A stretch of DNA of 64,000 bases from Geosiphon pyriformis uo1. Lineage: Eukaryota > Fungi > Glomeromycota. The first letter of the stretch is position 1, and each line of letters begins with the position of its first letter. The notes under the pieces were generated by a model. The model was not told where the DNA came from, ran no database searches, and saw nothing but the letters and a program-made list of their open reading frames with translations. The position numbers were made by a program, and so were the translations under genes. This document shows, piece after piece, positions 14,104-25,850 of the stretch. Location of the stretch: positions 124,001 through 188,000 of the forward strand of contig JAAOMT010000630.1 in NCBI GenBank assembly GCA_016748015.1. Reading direction: 5' to 3'.

Positions 14104-15888
14104 TTTTTTTTCTCTTGTTGATCTTTTCTCCACAATGAGAGTGATAAGATTTGTTGAAAATATAGCATTTTTCTTTTTATTTTTTTTCTTCTTCCCTTCC
14201 TTCATTAGTTATTTCTTCAGATACTCCTATTTTTGTCATTATAGAACTTGCAAGCACATCTGCTAATAGTTTTAATGCTGGTACAACTGGTTTGGGAATT
14301 TATCTGAATACAAAAAAGAAGTGTGTGAATACTGTCTACTCTCATAGTACATTTTACAAGAAACTGAAAGTGCCAGTAACTAGTGGTGTAGTTGACTTGT
14401 CTGCCAGCTTTCTGAACTTGAAAAATATTGGTATTGTTGGTGTCAAATCTGTAGTGTTCTGAGAAAGTAACATTGGTAGTATTGCAAGTAGTATTAGTGG
14501 GCTTTCTGATTTGAAAATATGAAAAACATTATTGCTGAGAAAATAAGTTATGCAGAGTCAAATAATTTGGTAAATGATGAAAACATGAATGAAATAACTT
14601 CAAGAAAGACTTGCACATGTACATATGTGTTAAGCCACCCTCCAAAAGTACTTTCATATAATAACATGAGTGATAATGATAAAGTCTTGGAACTTTCTTC
14701 TCCTAAATTCAATGAGTCTAATCAGTTGTCACCATTCAAGTCATATATGTCGGAAAAATGGAGTTTTAATTTGGCTAAGTTATTTGTGCTTAATATTGAG
14801 CTCTCCACAATGTCTGGTAAAACTGTTAGTGATAAATTAATTTCTGTCAAAAAAATTTTCTATAGTGTAGATGGTTTTGGAAGAGCTTCAACTTCCTCAA
14901 AATTCTCAAATATCATTAAATCATTTTTTACATCTGATTTAAGTTTGAAAAAGGCAAAAAAATTGGCTGTCAATGAGAATATTTTAGTCAATAATGATGT
15001 TAGGCAGATAAACAAATGCACAAATTGGAAAATTGTTGTGAAGAAGATCCCAGTAAATCTTTCCAAATCAGCTGTAGAATCTGTTTTTTCTAAATTCAGC
15101 GAGATTGTTTTGATCAAAATACAACTGATTGGTTTTTGGCAAAAAATCTTGGTGGAATTTGAGTCATTAAATATAGCTAGTTTGGTTGCTTCCAAATGGT
15201 CAGTTTTCATGGAAAAGGATTCAGTGCATGTAGTTTTGGCTGTTAATAACAAAAAATCATGGATAACAAGAAATCATCATTGAGCTTTGTTGTATACTCT
15301 CTCAATTGGAACCACAGCTTATGATTTGTCTGGTTTGTTGAAATCATATGGTAAGAAAACTTGTTTCATTGGCCATAATCCCAGTTCATATGTGCATAAT
15401 AGATGTGTAATAGTGTGTTTTGCTGATGAGACATCTAAATTGGCTGCTATTGGTTCTATTTCAGTGTTTAAAGGTGTGAATTTGTGCTGGGCTGGTCTTT
15501 TTCTGGCTTGTCGCACCAAGTATAAACATTTTGGTCATATTTCTGATGTGTTTTTGGCTGATAAGGTCATGGCAGGCATGTGATTACCTCTCAGGATCAG
15601 GTTTGTTTGGTCAACATATATAAAAAAAGCAGACTTCTGTTGTATATCTTATTTTATTTGGAGATAAAACTTGGGCTTAAATTGTTGGTGGTTTTTTCCC
15701 TCATGTAATCTCATTGGTTCTGTCTGGTAGTCATTTACCTCCAAGTGTGGCACTCTTTTTTTTGGATCCTGCTTCTCTTGTTGATTTTGGATTAAGTGAT
15801 CATGTGGCTGTCTTAGAACACTCTTTGGAGCTTTTGTCTAATCAGGTTTCTGTTTTTTTGAAGAAGTTAAGCTTTCTGGAATTGGTGT
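14104..15888 (+). mobile_element. 5' part of a second related LINE (5' UTR and ORF1), cut off by Gypsy element A
   Basis: Same 5' motif TTTCTCTTGTT after an A-rich target as the first LINE; ORFs 14519-15283 and 15287-15583 align with ORF1 of 6992-13736; ends abruptly at an LTR TG. Confidence 0.85.
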
Positions 15889-16911
15889 TGTTACCAGAGG
15901 TTTTTGGTCTCTTTTCTTGAATGCTGTAAATGTCTGTTGGTTGCAAATTCACGTTTTCCAGAAGTAGTAAAACCTTCAATAACTGAATTTATCTTCAAAT
16001 TATCTCTTATAATTTGAACTGCTAGGCTTATAAGTGGAATGGCCAATTCCTTACCAGTTATTTTATGTAGTTACATTGTAGTAAACGTCAACTCTTTCCC
16101 AGGAATTGCTTATTTGAAAGCTCACTAAAATGTGTAGTTACTTTGCTGTAAAAGTCAACTCTTCTACAGAAATCTTGTCTGTAAACTACCCTAATAATTG
16201 TAATAAAAAGAAGAAAAAAAATAAAAGAAATGTAAAAGAAATAAAATTCTGTCAAAAGAAATGTTTTCTTTTCAAGCCTAAAATTACTAACAGATTACTG
16301 AAATTAGTAGCTAATCAATTTCAAAATGTTAGTTGTGTTGAGGGAATTTCAAGTGTAATAATTTTAAGGATTTGGTTTTCAAATATTTTAATTTTTATTT
16401 GATTTTGTAAAAAGGTGATTTATTCCAATTAAGATATTTGAAATAAGTTACTATGGTAAGATACATTTTCTTAAAGAGAAAAGCTCTTCTTTTTATACAA
16501 CTTGTTGTAGTACTAGTCTATGAACTTGCACTTTTTCTCTTTGCTCAAATTTCAGTGAACTAAAGATACATTTTTGATGAACTACAAGTTATTTCGTTGA
16601 ACTATTGATTAATTTGGGTAAACTATTCATAATTTTGGCGAATTTCTATAAATTTCGGCGAATTTCTTATAAATTTCGGCGAATTTCTGTAAATTTCGGC
16701 GAATTTTAGAATGTTACAAAGTTCAGGGTATTGTGTAATTTGATTATCCTACTTTCTGTTATACTAATTGGATTATTTAATTGAATCGTAATATGTAATA
16801 ATTGATTAAATAATAAATAATAATTTGAAATGATATTAATATACTAATTAATTATAGAAATTATAAGGGTAATTTTCCTGCTAATTAATAGTTAAAATTC
16901 TACTGGTAATA
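15889..16911 (-). repeat. 3' LTR of family A element
   Basis: TGTTACCAG...CTGGTAATA on the plus strand; direct repeat of 24859-25850. Confidence 0.93.
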
Positions 16912-16919
16912 TAATTTCC

Positions 16920-17599
16920 TTCTCAAGACTGAACTCCATCAAAGTCCAAGCACTATCTGTAATATTGAGATAGTAATCCAAAATAATTGAAGTAATCTGG
17001 TTTGAAAATTGTTAAAATTTCAGTTTTGTAAGTTTGCCAATGTATTAGACTTTTATTGGTTGCAGTATTGGATTTTGTAGAACATTTTCACAAGTATTAA
17101 ACAAATCATAGAGTCTAAAAGCTGCTCTAAGTTTGTAGTGAGTGTTTGTTGGTCCAGCTGCTGTTTTGAATTCATTGTGGATTTGCTTTTGCATAGCTTC
17201 AGGAGTGAGATTTGTTGCTTTAAGTTCCAGTTTTCGTTTATAAAGTGTCTTTCCAATGTGAAAGTATTTATAAATAGGGGTGTGTTTATTGTTCTGTTTA
17301 TTGAGAAGTAGTAGAAGTTTTTATTGCACTGTGGCATTTGGTAAAATGTCAATAGAGGCAATTAAAAAATTTTCTTCCAGTGCTTGCTTCAAAAGTCTTG
17401 GTAACCTATTTTCAGAGTGACTTTTTGTTTTTCTTCTATAGGGGTGATAGTTCTGTGAATGATTTGCTACTGGGACTGTGGTTTCTTTCTGAATGTAATT
17501 AATTTGACTTTCATTAATTGTAATGGATAAATCAGGAAGTGTTTTCAAGACTAACATTAACTTTTGGAATATTTGTTGAATATTTCGGGAAATAATCAT
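16920..17599 (-). pseudogene. Extra sense ORF (~225 codons, 3 in-frame stops) between integrase and PPT; function unknown
   Basis: ORF 17321-17599 continues in frame past TAA as KLLLLLNKQ...YKYFHIGKTLYKRKLEL...YKLRAAFRLYDLF...YIGKLTKLKF, up to the PPT. Confidence 0.6.
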
Positions 17600-17794
17600 G
17601 ATAAAATTAACTAATTATGAAAAGAGAGAATAAAAAAATTATTTTTTGGATATGGGGTTTTTATTTGTTTTTGGGTTTGGGTGTTTTTGTAATTTATTTA
17701 CTATTTTTGTTTTTGTGTTTTTATTAGAAAATTATTGTAAATTTTAAGTGTTCAAGTTTGGTTGTTGTTCTATTATAATTATTGGTTCTAAATT

Positions 17795-19129
17795 TCAGAG
17801 AATATCTTCGGGATTCATTAAAGGGGAATGTGTACCAATTTGTGGAATTAATGGTTCAGGATTGTTTTTGAAATGATAGTATTTCAATCTGTTTCTATGT
17901 GCAATTTTTGCTAGTATTTTGTCATCAAGTTTTAACTTGTATGATCTATTGTCTAGAATTTTGTAAATATAAAATGGTCCATCCCATTTGTTTTCAAATT
18001 TCCCACTCCATTGTTTTTCAGCCTTAGTTCTGTGTAAGAGAACTTTATTTCCAACTTTAAATTCGTTGGTAATAGGTAGTAATTTGTTGTCATGTCTTTC
18101 TTTTTGTTGAGCTTGGGAATGTTCAATATGAGTTGCTGTTATTCTTCTTTTTACTTCCAGTGTACTAAGAAGAGTGTAAGTCCTTCTTTGGAGTGTTTCT
18201 TGAAAGTTCTCTTCATTAATTAGTTGCACAGGGTATGTTTTTACTGTGAAATTAATTGGTAATGTTGCTGTCCTTCCATAAGTTAAATCAAATGGTGTGT
18301 GTTTTGTAATATCTTGTTTTAGTGTTCTGTATGCTAGTAACACTGATGGAATAAAGATATCCCATTTCTGCTCAAAGTCTGTTGAGACTTTGGCTAGAGA
18401 TTTACACAATGTTCTGTTAAAACATTCTACAAGTCTATTTGTTTGAGGATGATAAAGTAATGATAGAGGTCTTTTGACATTGAATTGTTCACAAATTTCT
18501 TGTATCAAATTGTTCACAAAATGTGTTTCTTGATCAGATAAAAGTTCAATTGGGCATCCATGTCTACAGATAATGTCTTCATAGATGAAATTTCCTACTG
18601 ATTTTGCATTTGCTCTTTGGATAACTTTAGTTTCAGGCCATTTGGTAAGATAATCCACTGCAATTGCAATATAACGATTTTTTTGGGTTGTGATAGATAA
18701 TGGTCTGACTAAATCAATTTCAACTCTGTCAAAAGATTGTCCAACTTTAATTGGATTTAAAGGTTCTGTGGGGTGAGTTTCTTCTTTTCTTTGACAACTA
18801 TCACAAGATTCTACATATTGTCAAATTTTTTTTTGCATGTGAGGCCAAAAATAATGTTCCAGAGTTCTTTGAATTGTTCCATCTCTTCCCAAGTGTGCTG
18901 AAGATGGATCTGTGTGCATGTTATATAAAATTGTTTCTTTTTCATTCTCTTGTATTAATTTGAGTGGTTGGTTTGGGTTTCTGTGATTTTTATAATAGAT
19001 TTTGTTATGGTGTATAAAATATTGCTTTGATTGGTGTTGTAAACGATGTTTTTCTCTTGGAAACCAATTTTCTGGCATGATAAGGGTCTCCAAATAGTTT
19101 TTAAGATTGCTGTAGTTTCTAGGATCCAT
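17795..19129 (-). pseudogene. Gypsy integrase (HHCC, rve core, GPF/Y), no chromodomain
   Basis: H..PSSAHLG...YFWP; DYLTKWPE, LLSDQETHF, YHPQTNRLVECFNRTL, TPFDLTYG, KWDGPFYI. Confidence 0.92.
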
Positions 19130-19189
19130 TATTGTTTGGTTATTTTGTTAGTAGGTTGGTAAGTTATAGTGAAATTGTTGTTGGTGTTA

Positions 19190-20593
19190 GTCTTGTCTCA
19201 TTCTTGAGAGGCTATCAACATTGGTGTGTAGTTTTCCTGGTTTGTGATGTACAATGTATCTGTAGTCTGCTAGGAAGTCATTCCATTGAGACTGTTTGGC
19301 ACTTTGTTTAGTTTTCTTTTTATTGAGCCATTTGAGGCCAATATTGTTAGCTATTATGTCAAATTTTTTTCCATTCTTTAGGTATTGTTAAAAATGTTTA
19401 AGAGCCCAGATGACTGCAGTGGCTTCCAATTCAGTTGAGCCATATTTGAATTCTGTTGGCTTGAGTGTTCTGTTGACATAAACAATAACTTGTTCCTGGC
19501 CATTTTCATCCAATTGTGATAAGATGATACCAAATGCTATGTATGAAGCATCAGTGGCTAATTGAAATTGTTTGTTGAAGTCTGGGTAAGCAAGAGCTGG
19601 GGCTGTTGTCAATTTTGTTTTAAGAGTTTTAAAAGCTTTTTGTTGTTCTTCAGTTCATTTGTATAGTACGTTTTTGTTGGTAAGATAATTGAGTGGTTTG
19701 GCAATTTCTGAGAATTTTTTTATAAATTTTCGATAGTAAAAGGCTAATCCTACAAATCTTTTTAGTTCTGTGGTATTTTTGGGGGTTTGAAAGTTTTTGA
19801 CAGCACTAATTGTTCCAAAATTTGGTTTGACTCCATCTTTACTAACTATGTGTCCAAGAAAAATCAAGCTTGTTTTTCCAAAGTGACATTTCTCAATGTT
19901 TAACATTAATCTTGCTTTTTGTAATTGTTAAAAAACTTCTCACAAGTAAATGAGATGAGTCTCAAAGCTTGGTGAGTATACATTAGTATCATTAAGATAG
20001 ACAACTACTGATTGCCATAAGAGTCTTTCATATACAACATCTATGAGTCACTGGAATGTTGCTGGTGCATTACAGAGTCCAAAAGGCATAATATTGAACT
20101 CATAGTTTCCTCCTTAGGTGGTAAATGCTGTTTTGGATCAGTCTTTTGGGTCCATTTCGACTTGTCAGTATCCACTTTCTAAGTCTAAAGTTGAGAAGAA
20201 CTTGGCTTTTCCTAGAGCATCTAGCATGTTATTAATTCTTAAAAAAGGGTAGACATTTCCAATTGTAACACTATTCAGTTGTCTATAATCAACACAGAAT
20301 CTGATTTTTCCGTTTTTTTTTTTGACTAAAACTATTGATAAGGCCTAAGAACTTCTTAATGGTTGAATTAATCCATTATTGAGCATTCTTTGAACCTCTT
20401 CTCTGATGAATTGGTGGCTGGCAGGTGACACTTGATAAGCTTGTTGATGTTTTGGTGGAACATCTTCTATATGGATCTGATGTTGAACAATATCCGTTTT
20501 TCCCAAGTTATTGTTGTTTTTTGCAAATATATCTGCAAATTCAGCTATTAATTGTTTCAATTGTCTTTGTTGTTGGGGTTCCAAGGGACTCAT
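19190..20593 (-). pseudogene. Gypsy reverse transcriptase and RNase H, disrupted
   Basis: LGKTDIVQHQI, RFCVDYR, PFGLCNAPATFQ, VYLNDT (eroded YLDD), KCHF..FLGH, FYYRKFI, ATDAS, ELEATAVIWALKHF, NVDSLSR. Confidence 0.92.
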
Positions 20594-21029
20594 GTTGATT
20601 CGAGAGAGTTTTTCTTCTAAAAGGTAGTAGTTTTCAGTAGTAGAAATAATATTTGGATTTGGGAATAGAGTGTGCTTTACAATTTTGATGAAATTAGAGA
20701 CAATTTGAGGGTTTTCATTTTGAAAGATATTGTTGTGTATGATTCCAATTTCTAATTTGTTTAATAAGACAATAGGGTAATTATTGGGGTTGTAGAATAT
20801 AACTCAAAATTTTTTCATTCTTTTAGAAATATAAATATTTGGAATTGATATTTCATGTTTCAAACAAATTTGTTCATTGGATTTAAAAATTTGTTGGGTA
20901 GTAGTGGGTTTTGAGCAAGTGTAAATTTCGTGATGTTTTCCAAAAAGTGAAATGGTAATTGGTTGTGGAAGTTAAAGAATCTGGTGAGATTCATTTTGTG
21001 TATTAAGAGCTATGTTTACTGGAACTGTA

Positions 21030-21470
21030 AATCATCCAGTTGAACCAAAATCTTAAGTTCCTTTTTCACTTTTTCCCAATTGTTCTCTGTTGTTTACTGA
21101 TTGTAAATCCGAAATGTTGATTAAGGGTAAGTAAATTGCTTGAGCAATTTTTTTAGCATGTTCAATTTTAAATGGTTTGTCTGTTTCATTTTGCAACATG
21201 ATGGTAATGTCTCCAGTGTATCCTGCATCTATAACTCCTCCTCTAATATTGATTTCTTTGCTTGCCAATAATAATCTGGAGGCAATTTGAACCATTGCTC
21301 TTAGTGGAATTTCAAGAGCAATTTTGAGATTGATTTTTGTTAAGGACTTTGGTTGGAGAACCAAAGTATTTTTTCCTGGGTATCTTAGATCATATCCAGC
21401 ATCAATTTCGTGTGCTTTTTCTGGTCTGATTTCTTGGCTATGGTTGTCAAAATATTTAAGTTGTAAAGGT
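21030..21470 (-). pseudogene. Trimeric dUTPase domain within Gypsy pol
   Basis: All five motifs visible: DAGYDL, IASR, GGVIDAGYTGDI, IAQAI, and KGT*DFGSTG (eroded RGxxGFGSTG). Confidence 0.9.
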
Positions 21471-22399
21471 GGTTGCTTTTCAAGAAGATAGATGGGAGTG
21501 GTTGGTAGTTCTTTTACTAGTTCAGATACTCCAAATTCGATTTCATTTTCATTATTCTCATCTGGCAGAGAAATGCTAAGAGCATAACATTCTAAACACT
21601 ATTGGTTATCACAAAGCATAACACATTTTTCACACAATTGAATGTTTATTTGCTCTAATCATTGAATTTGAACTTCTTTGGTCGGATATGTATGGCTTGC
21701 AATTTGGTAGTAAGTTTCTACTTTATCTTCATAATCAAATCCAGCTAATTCTATGGTATACTCAATGTATTCAGCTTCTTTTATTTGGCGAACATCTTTT
21801 TGGGTGGCTCTATTAATCAATGCTATTGCTAGGTCAAAAATCATTTTAGCATCATAAGGGTAGTGGTAAAGTTTATTGAGAGCACTGTTGTATATTGTAT
21901 CAAATGGTGTTTCTCTTCTGACTTTTTTCGAAATTAATAGAGCATATTGACAGGTCTGATCACATACTCTTTCTCTCATTGCTACATCAATCTAATTGCA
22001 TTCTTCTGGTAGCCTTTTTCCATAAGTAAGGCAAGGTGTGTTGTCCTATTTTCCACTTCTTTTTGGAGATCCAAATCGTTCTCTATGGCATGCTTTGCAA
22101 AAGTAATAGGTATGAGTTTCATATTCCTTTTCTGAAGAAATACATGCTCTCATTGATGAAAGTTTTTTGTTGCAATCTTTGTATTTGAGTGGAATATAGG
22201 GTAGTTGTTTCCATGGTTCTGGTGTAGAATATCTAACTTTCTTCCATCTTCTTAATTCTTCAAAAATCTCCTGTTCTGTTTCTTCAGCCCAATTAGATGT
22301 TGATCTAAGAGCCATGTAGGTTTCAGTAAGTGGCATTTCTTTCTCTTCTTCAAATTCAAATACTGGGGCTTTTTCTAATTGTTTGTTAAAAGTACCACA

Positions 22400-22745
22400 A
22401 GTAGCAGGTACTATGGTGTATTGTCCTTGGTATGAGATTTTAAATTTCTGAGTTTCCCAGTCCAAGTTTGCATTGGCCTTGAGAAGCCAATCATTTTCGA
22501 CTAGAGCTTGGTATTGGGGTACATCCATAACAATAACTTTAACTGAAATGGTGATTCCATCAATGGTGAATGGAAAATTGTCAATTTCTCTTACTGGTGT
22601 CTTTTTCATACCATCTGCTGTAACAATTACAGTTTGGGCTGGTCTGTCAACAGTTCTTTGAAGCTGTTGCATTAACTGGTAGGTTATAATACTTCCAGCT
22701 AATTCACTGTTTAGAATTAGTCAGATGGGTTTTCCTTCTACTGTA
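22400..22745 (-). pseudogene. Gypsy aspartic protease
   Basis: Eroded LILDSGSAGSII (reads LILNSELAGSII), VTADG, ALVENDWL (eroded LGNDWL). Confidence 0.8.
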
Positions 22746-23049
22746 GCTTTAGTGTACATGGCAGTAATAGCTTTTTGTTTATTAGCTGCTGTATTACTAA
22801 GCAAAAATGGTGATTCATTTGCTTCAAATTCAAATGAGAATATATCTAAAAGGTTGGTATTTTGGGCAATTTGAGCTGGTGGAATAGTGTTGTTAAAAGG
22901 ATTTGATCTGGGTGCTGCAACTTTATCTTCAGAAAGTGCAGGTTGTTGAAAATCTGATTCCTCTGGTATTGTAAGATAACTGGGTTGAGTGTAATAGTGA
23001 TTGGGTTTTTGCTGACCAGAATTTTGGGAAACCAACTGGTTATTTAGAT

Positions 23050-24810
23050 TAATTCTGTTGTTGTTATTCTGAAATTGATTTTGGTGTGTGAATTGGTTAT
23101 GTTAAACCAATCTTCTTGCTGGTACTTAATATTGTTGAGTAGATGGTGTCTGATATTGCTGAATTGGTAAAGGTTGCTAATATTGTTGTTGAATTGGTTG
23201 TGGAGCTGGTTAATAATAGCTGTTTTGAATTTGTGGTCTCAGTGAATAATAAGTTGGTAGTAAGGGTTGGTAATAAGATTGTTGTAGTGAAGAATAACGT
23301 TGATTACTCCTGTTTTGTTGGTCTCTTTGTAATTTCTTACAATCTTGTTTCCAGTGTTCTGAAATTCAACAATAATGACAATTTTGAGGTTGGTTGTTGG
23401 ATGGTAATCCAAAATTGTTTTGGTTGTGTCATTGTGAAGATTGATATTTTTGTGGTTATTGTTGCTGTTGTTGTTGGTTTGTGAAGTAGCTTTCAATCTT
23501 TTTTGTGAGTTGGTTTATTTTTTCTTTAGCTGCTGAGCTGGTTTCTCTAATTGCAAGGTTTACAAGCTTGGTGTGATTTGCTTTTTCTATTGCCATTTCA
23601 TAGCTCTTTGCATGTCTAATAGCAGTTGCTAAGTCTGCTAGAGCATGTGGACAGACTTTCTTAATCAGTTTGTCTTTTAACTCTGCTATAAACTGATCCA
23701 GAATTTGAGCATCAAAATAGTAGTCATTGGTTTCCAATTGTCAGATTCATCTGAGAAGTTTGTTAAATCTTCCAAGATAGATCATAACAGTTTCAGATGT
23801 TTCTTGTTTAATATTGTAAAAGCAGTTTCTGAGAGTGATAGAAGTATTGTTGTTGGTGAATTGTTGTAGAAAAGCATCTTTGAATGCTTGCCAGTTTTCA
23901 AATGGTTTTTCTAAATTTTCAAACCATTCTCCTGCTGTTTCTTGGAAAAAGTAAGGAATTGCTTTAAGCATTCTTGCTGCAATCCAACCATTTGTATCTT
24001 CTGCTTTTTGAACTTTGTCAAGCCATTCTTGAGGACTGGTATCATTATCTTCACCCATAAATTCTGGAATCTTTGCAATATAAGCAGTTGTCATTTCCTT
24101 TTTGTTTTCTGTGGCTTCTCCTTGTTCTGATTCAGTTTCTTCACTTTTTAAATTTTTTGAATGATCACTTTTGTTTTCCTGCAAGTATTCAATAATATTG
24201 GTGCTTGTTGATATAGGTTCTTGCTGTTGAGTAGGATTTTTAGGTGACTGAAAATCTTCTGGTCTGAAGAAATAGTTAAGTAGTGAATTTGGTGTTTGCA
24301 GTTGAGCAAGTAAAATTAGAAATAGTGTGATAAAAAGTGGTAATTTGACACTGGTTCCTTGTTCAGGTGTTTGCAAGTGTTTGGCAGTTGTTTTTGGTAG
24401 TATTGGAGTGTTTGGAGTGGTTTTTGAGTGTTGTTTCACTTTTTGTTTGCCTTTGTTGTCTGTTTCTGTTTCTAATTCAAAGTCAAAAGAGTATTTAGAC
24501 TGTACTGAGTATTTTTTTTCACAATACTTGATAATATTGTAATTGAATTCTTGAAAGTAGGTGGCAAGTGTTTTACTGTTAAGGTCTTTAGTTTCCAATT
24601 ATGAATAGTGTACTAAATTATTGTAGAGATTGCTTCTTACTTCTGAAATGTTGTAATTTCCAAGAAGATAATTGTTGATATGGTTTTCAATGTATTGGTA
24701 GAGTGTTCTTTCAACAATTTCAATTCCATCTGGGATGTTGAATCTCTGCTTGCAATGGGTGTAAATTGACTGATAATACTCTAGAGTTGTTGTGTCTGCT
24801 GTGGTCGCCA
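23050..24810 (-). pseudogene. Gypsy gag (family A), disrupted
   Basis: IPEFMGEDNDTSPQEWL...AGEWFE...FKDAFLQQF...IKQETSETV..YLGRF capsid-like region; eroded CCHC knuckle CHYC*ISEHWKQDC at ~23340-23385. Confidence 0.85.
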
Positions 24811-24858
24811 TTTTGAAGTTTGTTGTTTGCTGTGTTATTTCCATGGAAGAGCACCAAA

Positions 24859-25850
24859 TGTTACCAGAGGTTTTTGGTCTCTTTTCTTAAATGTTGTAAA
24901 TGTCTGTTGGTTGCAAATTCACGTTTTCTAGAAGTAGTTGAACCTCCAATAACTGAATTTATCTTCAAATTATCTCCTATAATTTGAACTGCTGGGCTTA
25001 TATGTGGAATAACCAATTTTTTGCCAGTTACTTTATGTAGTTATATTGTAGTAAATGTCAACTCTTTCCCAGGAATTGCTTGTTTAGAAGCTCACTAAAA
25101 AATGTGTAGTTACTTTGCTGTAAAAGTCAACTCTTTTACAGGAATCTTGTCTATAGGCTACCTTAATAATTGTAATAAGAAAAGAAAAAAAAAATAAAAG
25201 AAATGTAAAAAAAATAAGATTTTATCAAGGGAAACATTTTCTATCCAGGCCTGGAGTCACTAACAGTTTACTGAAATTGGTAGCTAATCAATTTCAAAAT
25301 GTTAGTTGGGTTTTGGGGATTTTCCAAGTGCAATAATTAAAGAATTTGGTTTTTCAAATTATTTGATATTTATTTCTTTTTGTGTGTGTAGAAATGGTTC
25401 TAAGTAATAAATCTAAAGTAAAATACATTTTCTTGAAGAGAAAAGCTTTTCTTTTATACAACTTGTTGTAGTACTAGTTTATGAACTTGCACTTTTTCTT
25501 TTTGCTCAAATTTTGGCAAACTAAAGATACATTTTGATAGACTACAAGTTATTTTGCTGAACTATTGATTAATTTGGGTGAACTATTTATAATTTTGGCG
25601 AATTTCTTATAAATTTCGGCGAATTTTTGTAAATTTCAGTGAACTTTTGAATGTTACAAAGTTCAGAGTATTGTGTAATTTGATCATCCTACTTTTTGTT
25701 ATACTAATTGGATTATTTAATTGAATTGTGATATGTGATAATTGATTAAATAATAAATGATAATTTGAAATGATATTAATATACTAATTAATTATAGGAA
25801 TTATAAGAGTAATTTCATGCTAATTAATAGCTAAAATTCTACTGGTAACA
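24859..25850 (-). repeat. 5' LTR of family A element
   Basis: TGTTACCAG...CTGGTAACA terminal inverted repeat; adjacent PBS. Confidence 0.93.

Larger units (their letters stand above)
15889..25850 (-). mobile_element. Ty3/Gypsy LTR retrotransposon (family A) with dUTPase, two LTRs, decayed
   Basis: LTRs at 15889-16911 and 24859-25850; PBS TGGTGCTCTTCC at 24845-24856; PPT GAGAAGGAAA next to the 3' LTR; order gag-PR-dUTPase-RT-RH-IN; no matching TSD. Confidence 0.95.

Noticed and set aside
16631-16707. CRISPR-like array (also the 12-bp and 113-bp repeats)
   Set aside because: No unique spacers and no cas genes; eukaryotic LTR-internal tandem repeats.
19129-19200. Integrase encoded as a separate ORF
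   Set aside because: In family A the linker stays in frame and its two TAA could be eroded CAA. Family C is out of frame. This cannot be decided without consensus sequences.
24599-24844. Gag start codon inside the PBS
   Set aside because: This ATG is probably a CpG-decay product (CCGTGG to CCATGG); MATTAD at ~24810 is the more plausible start.
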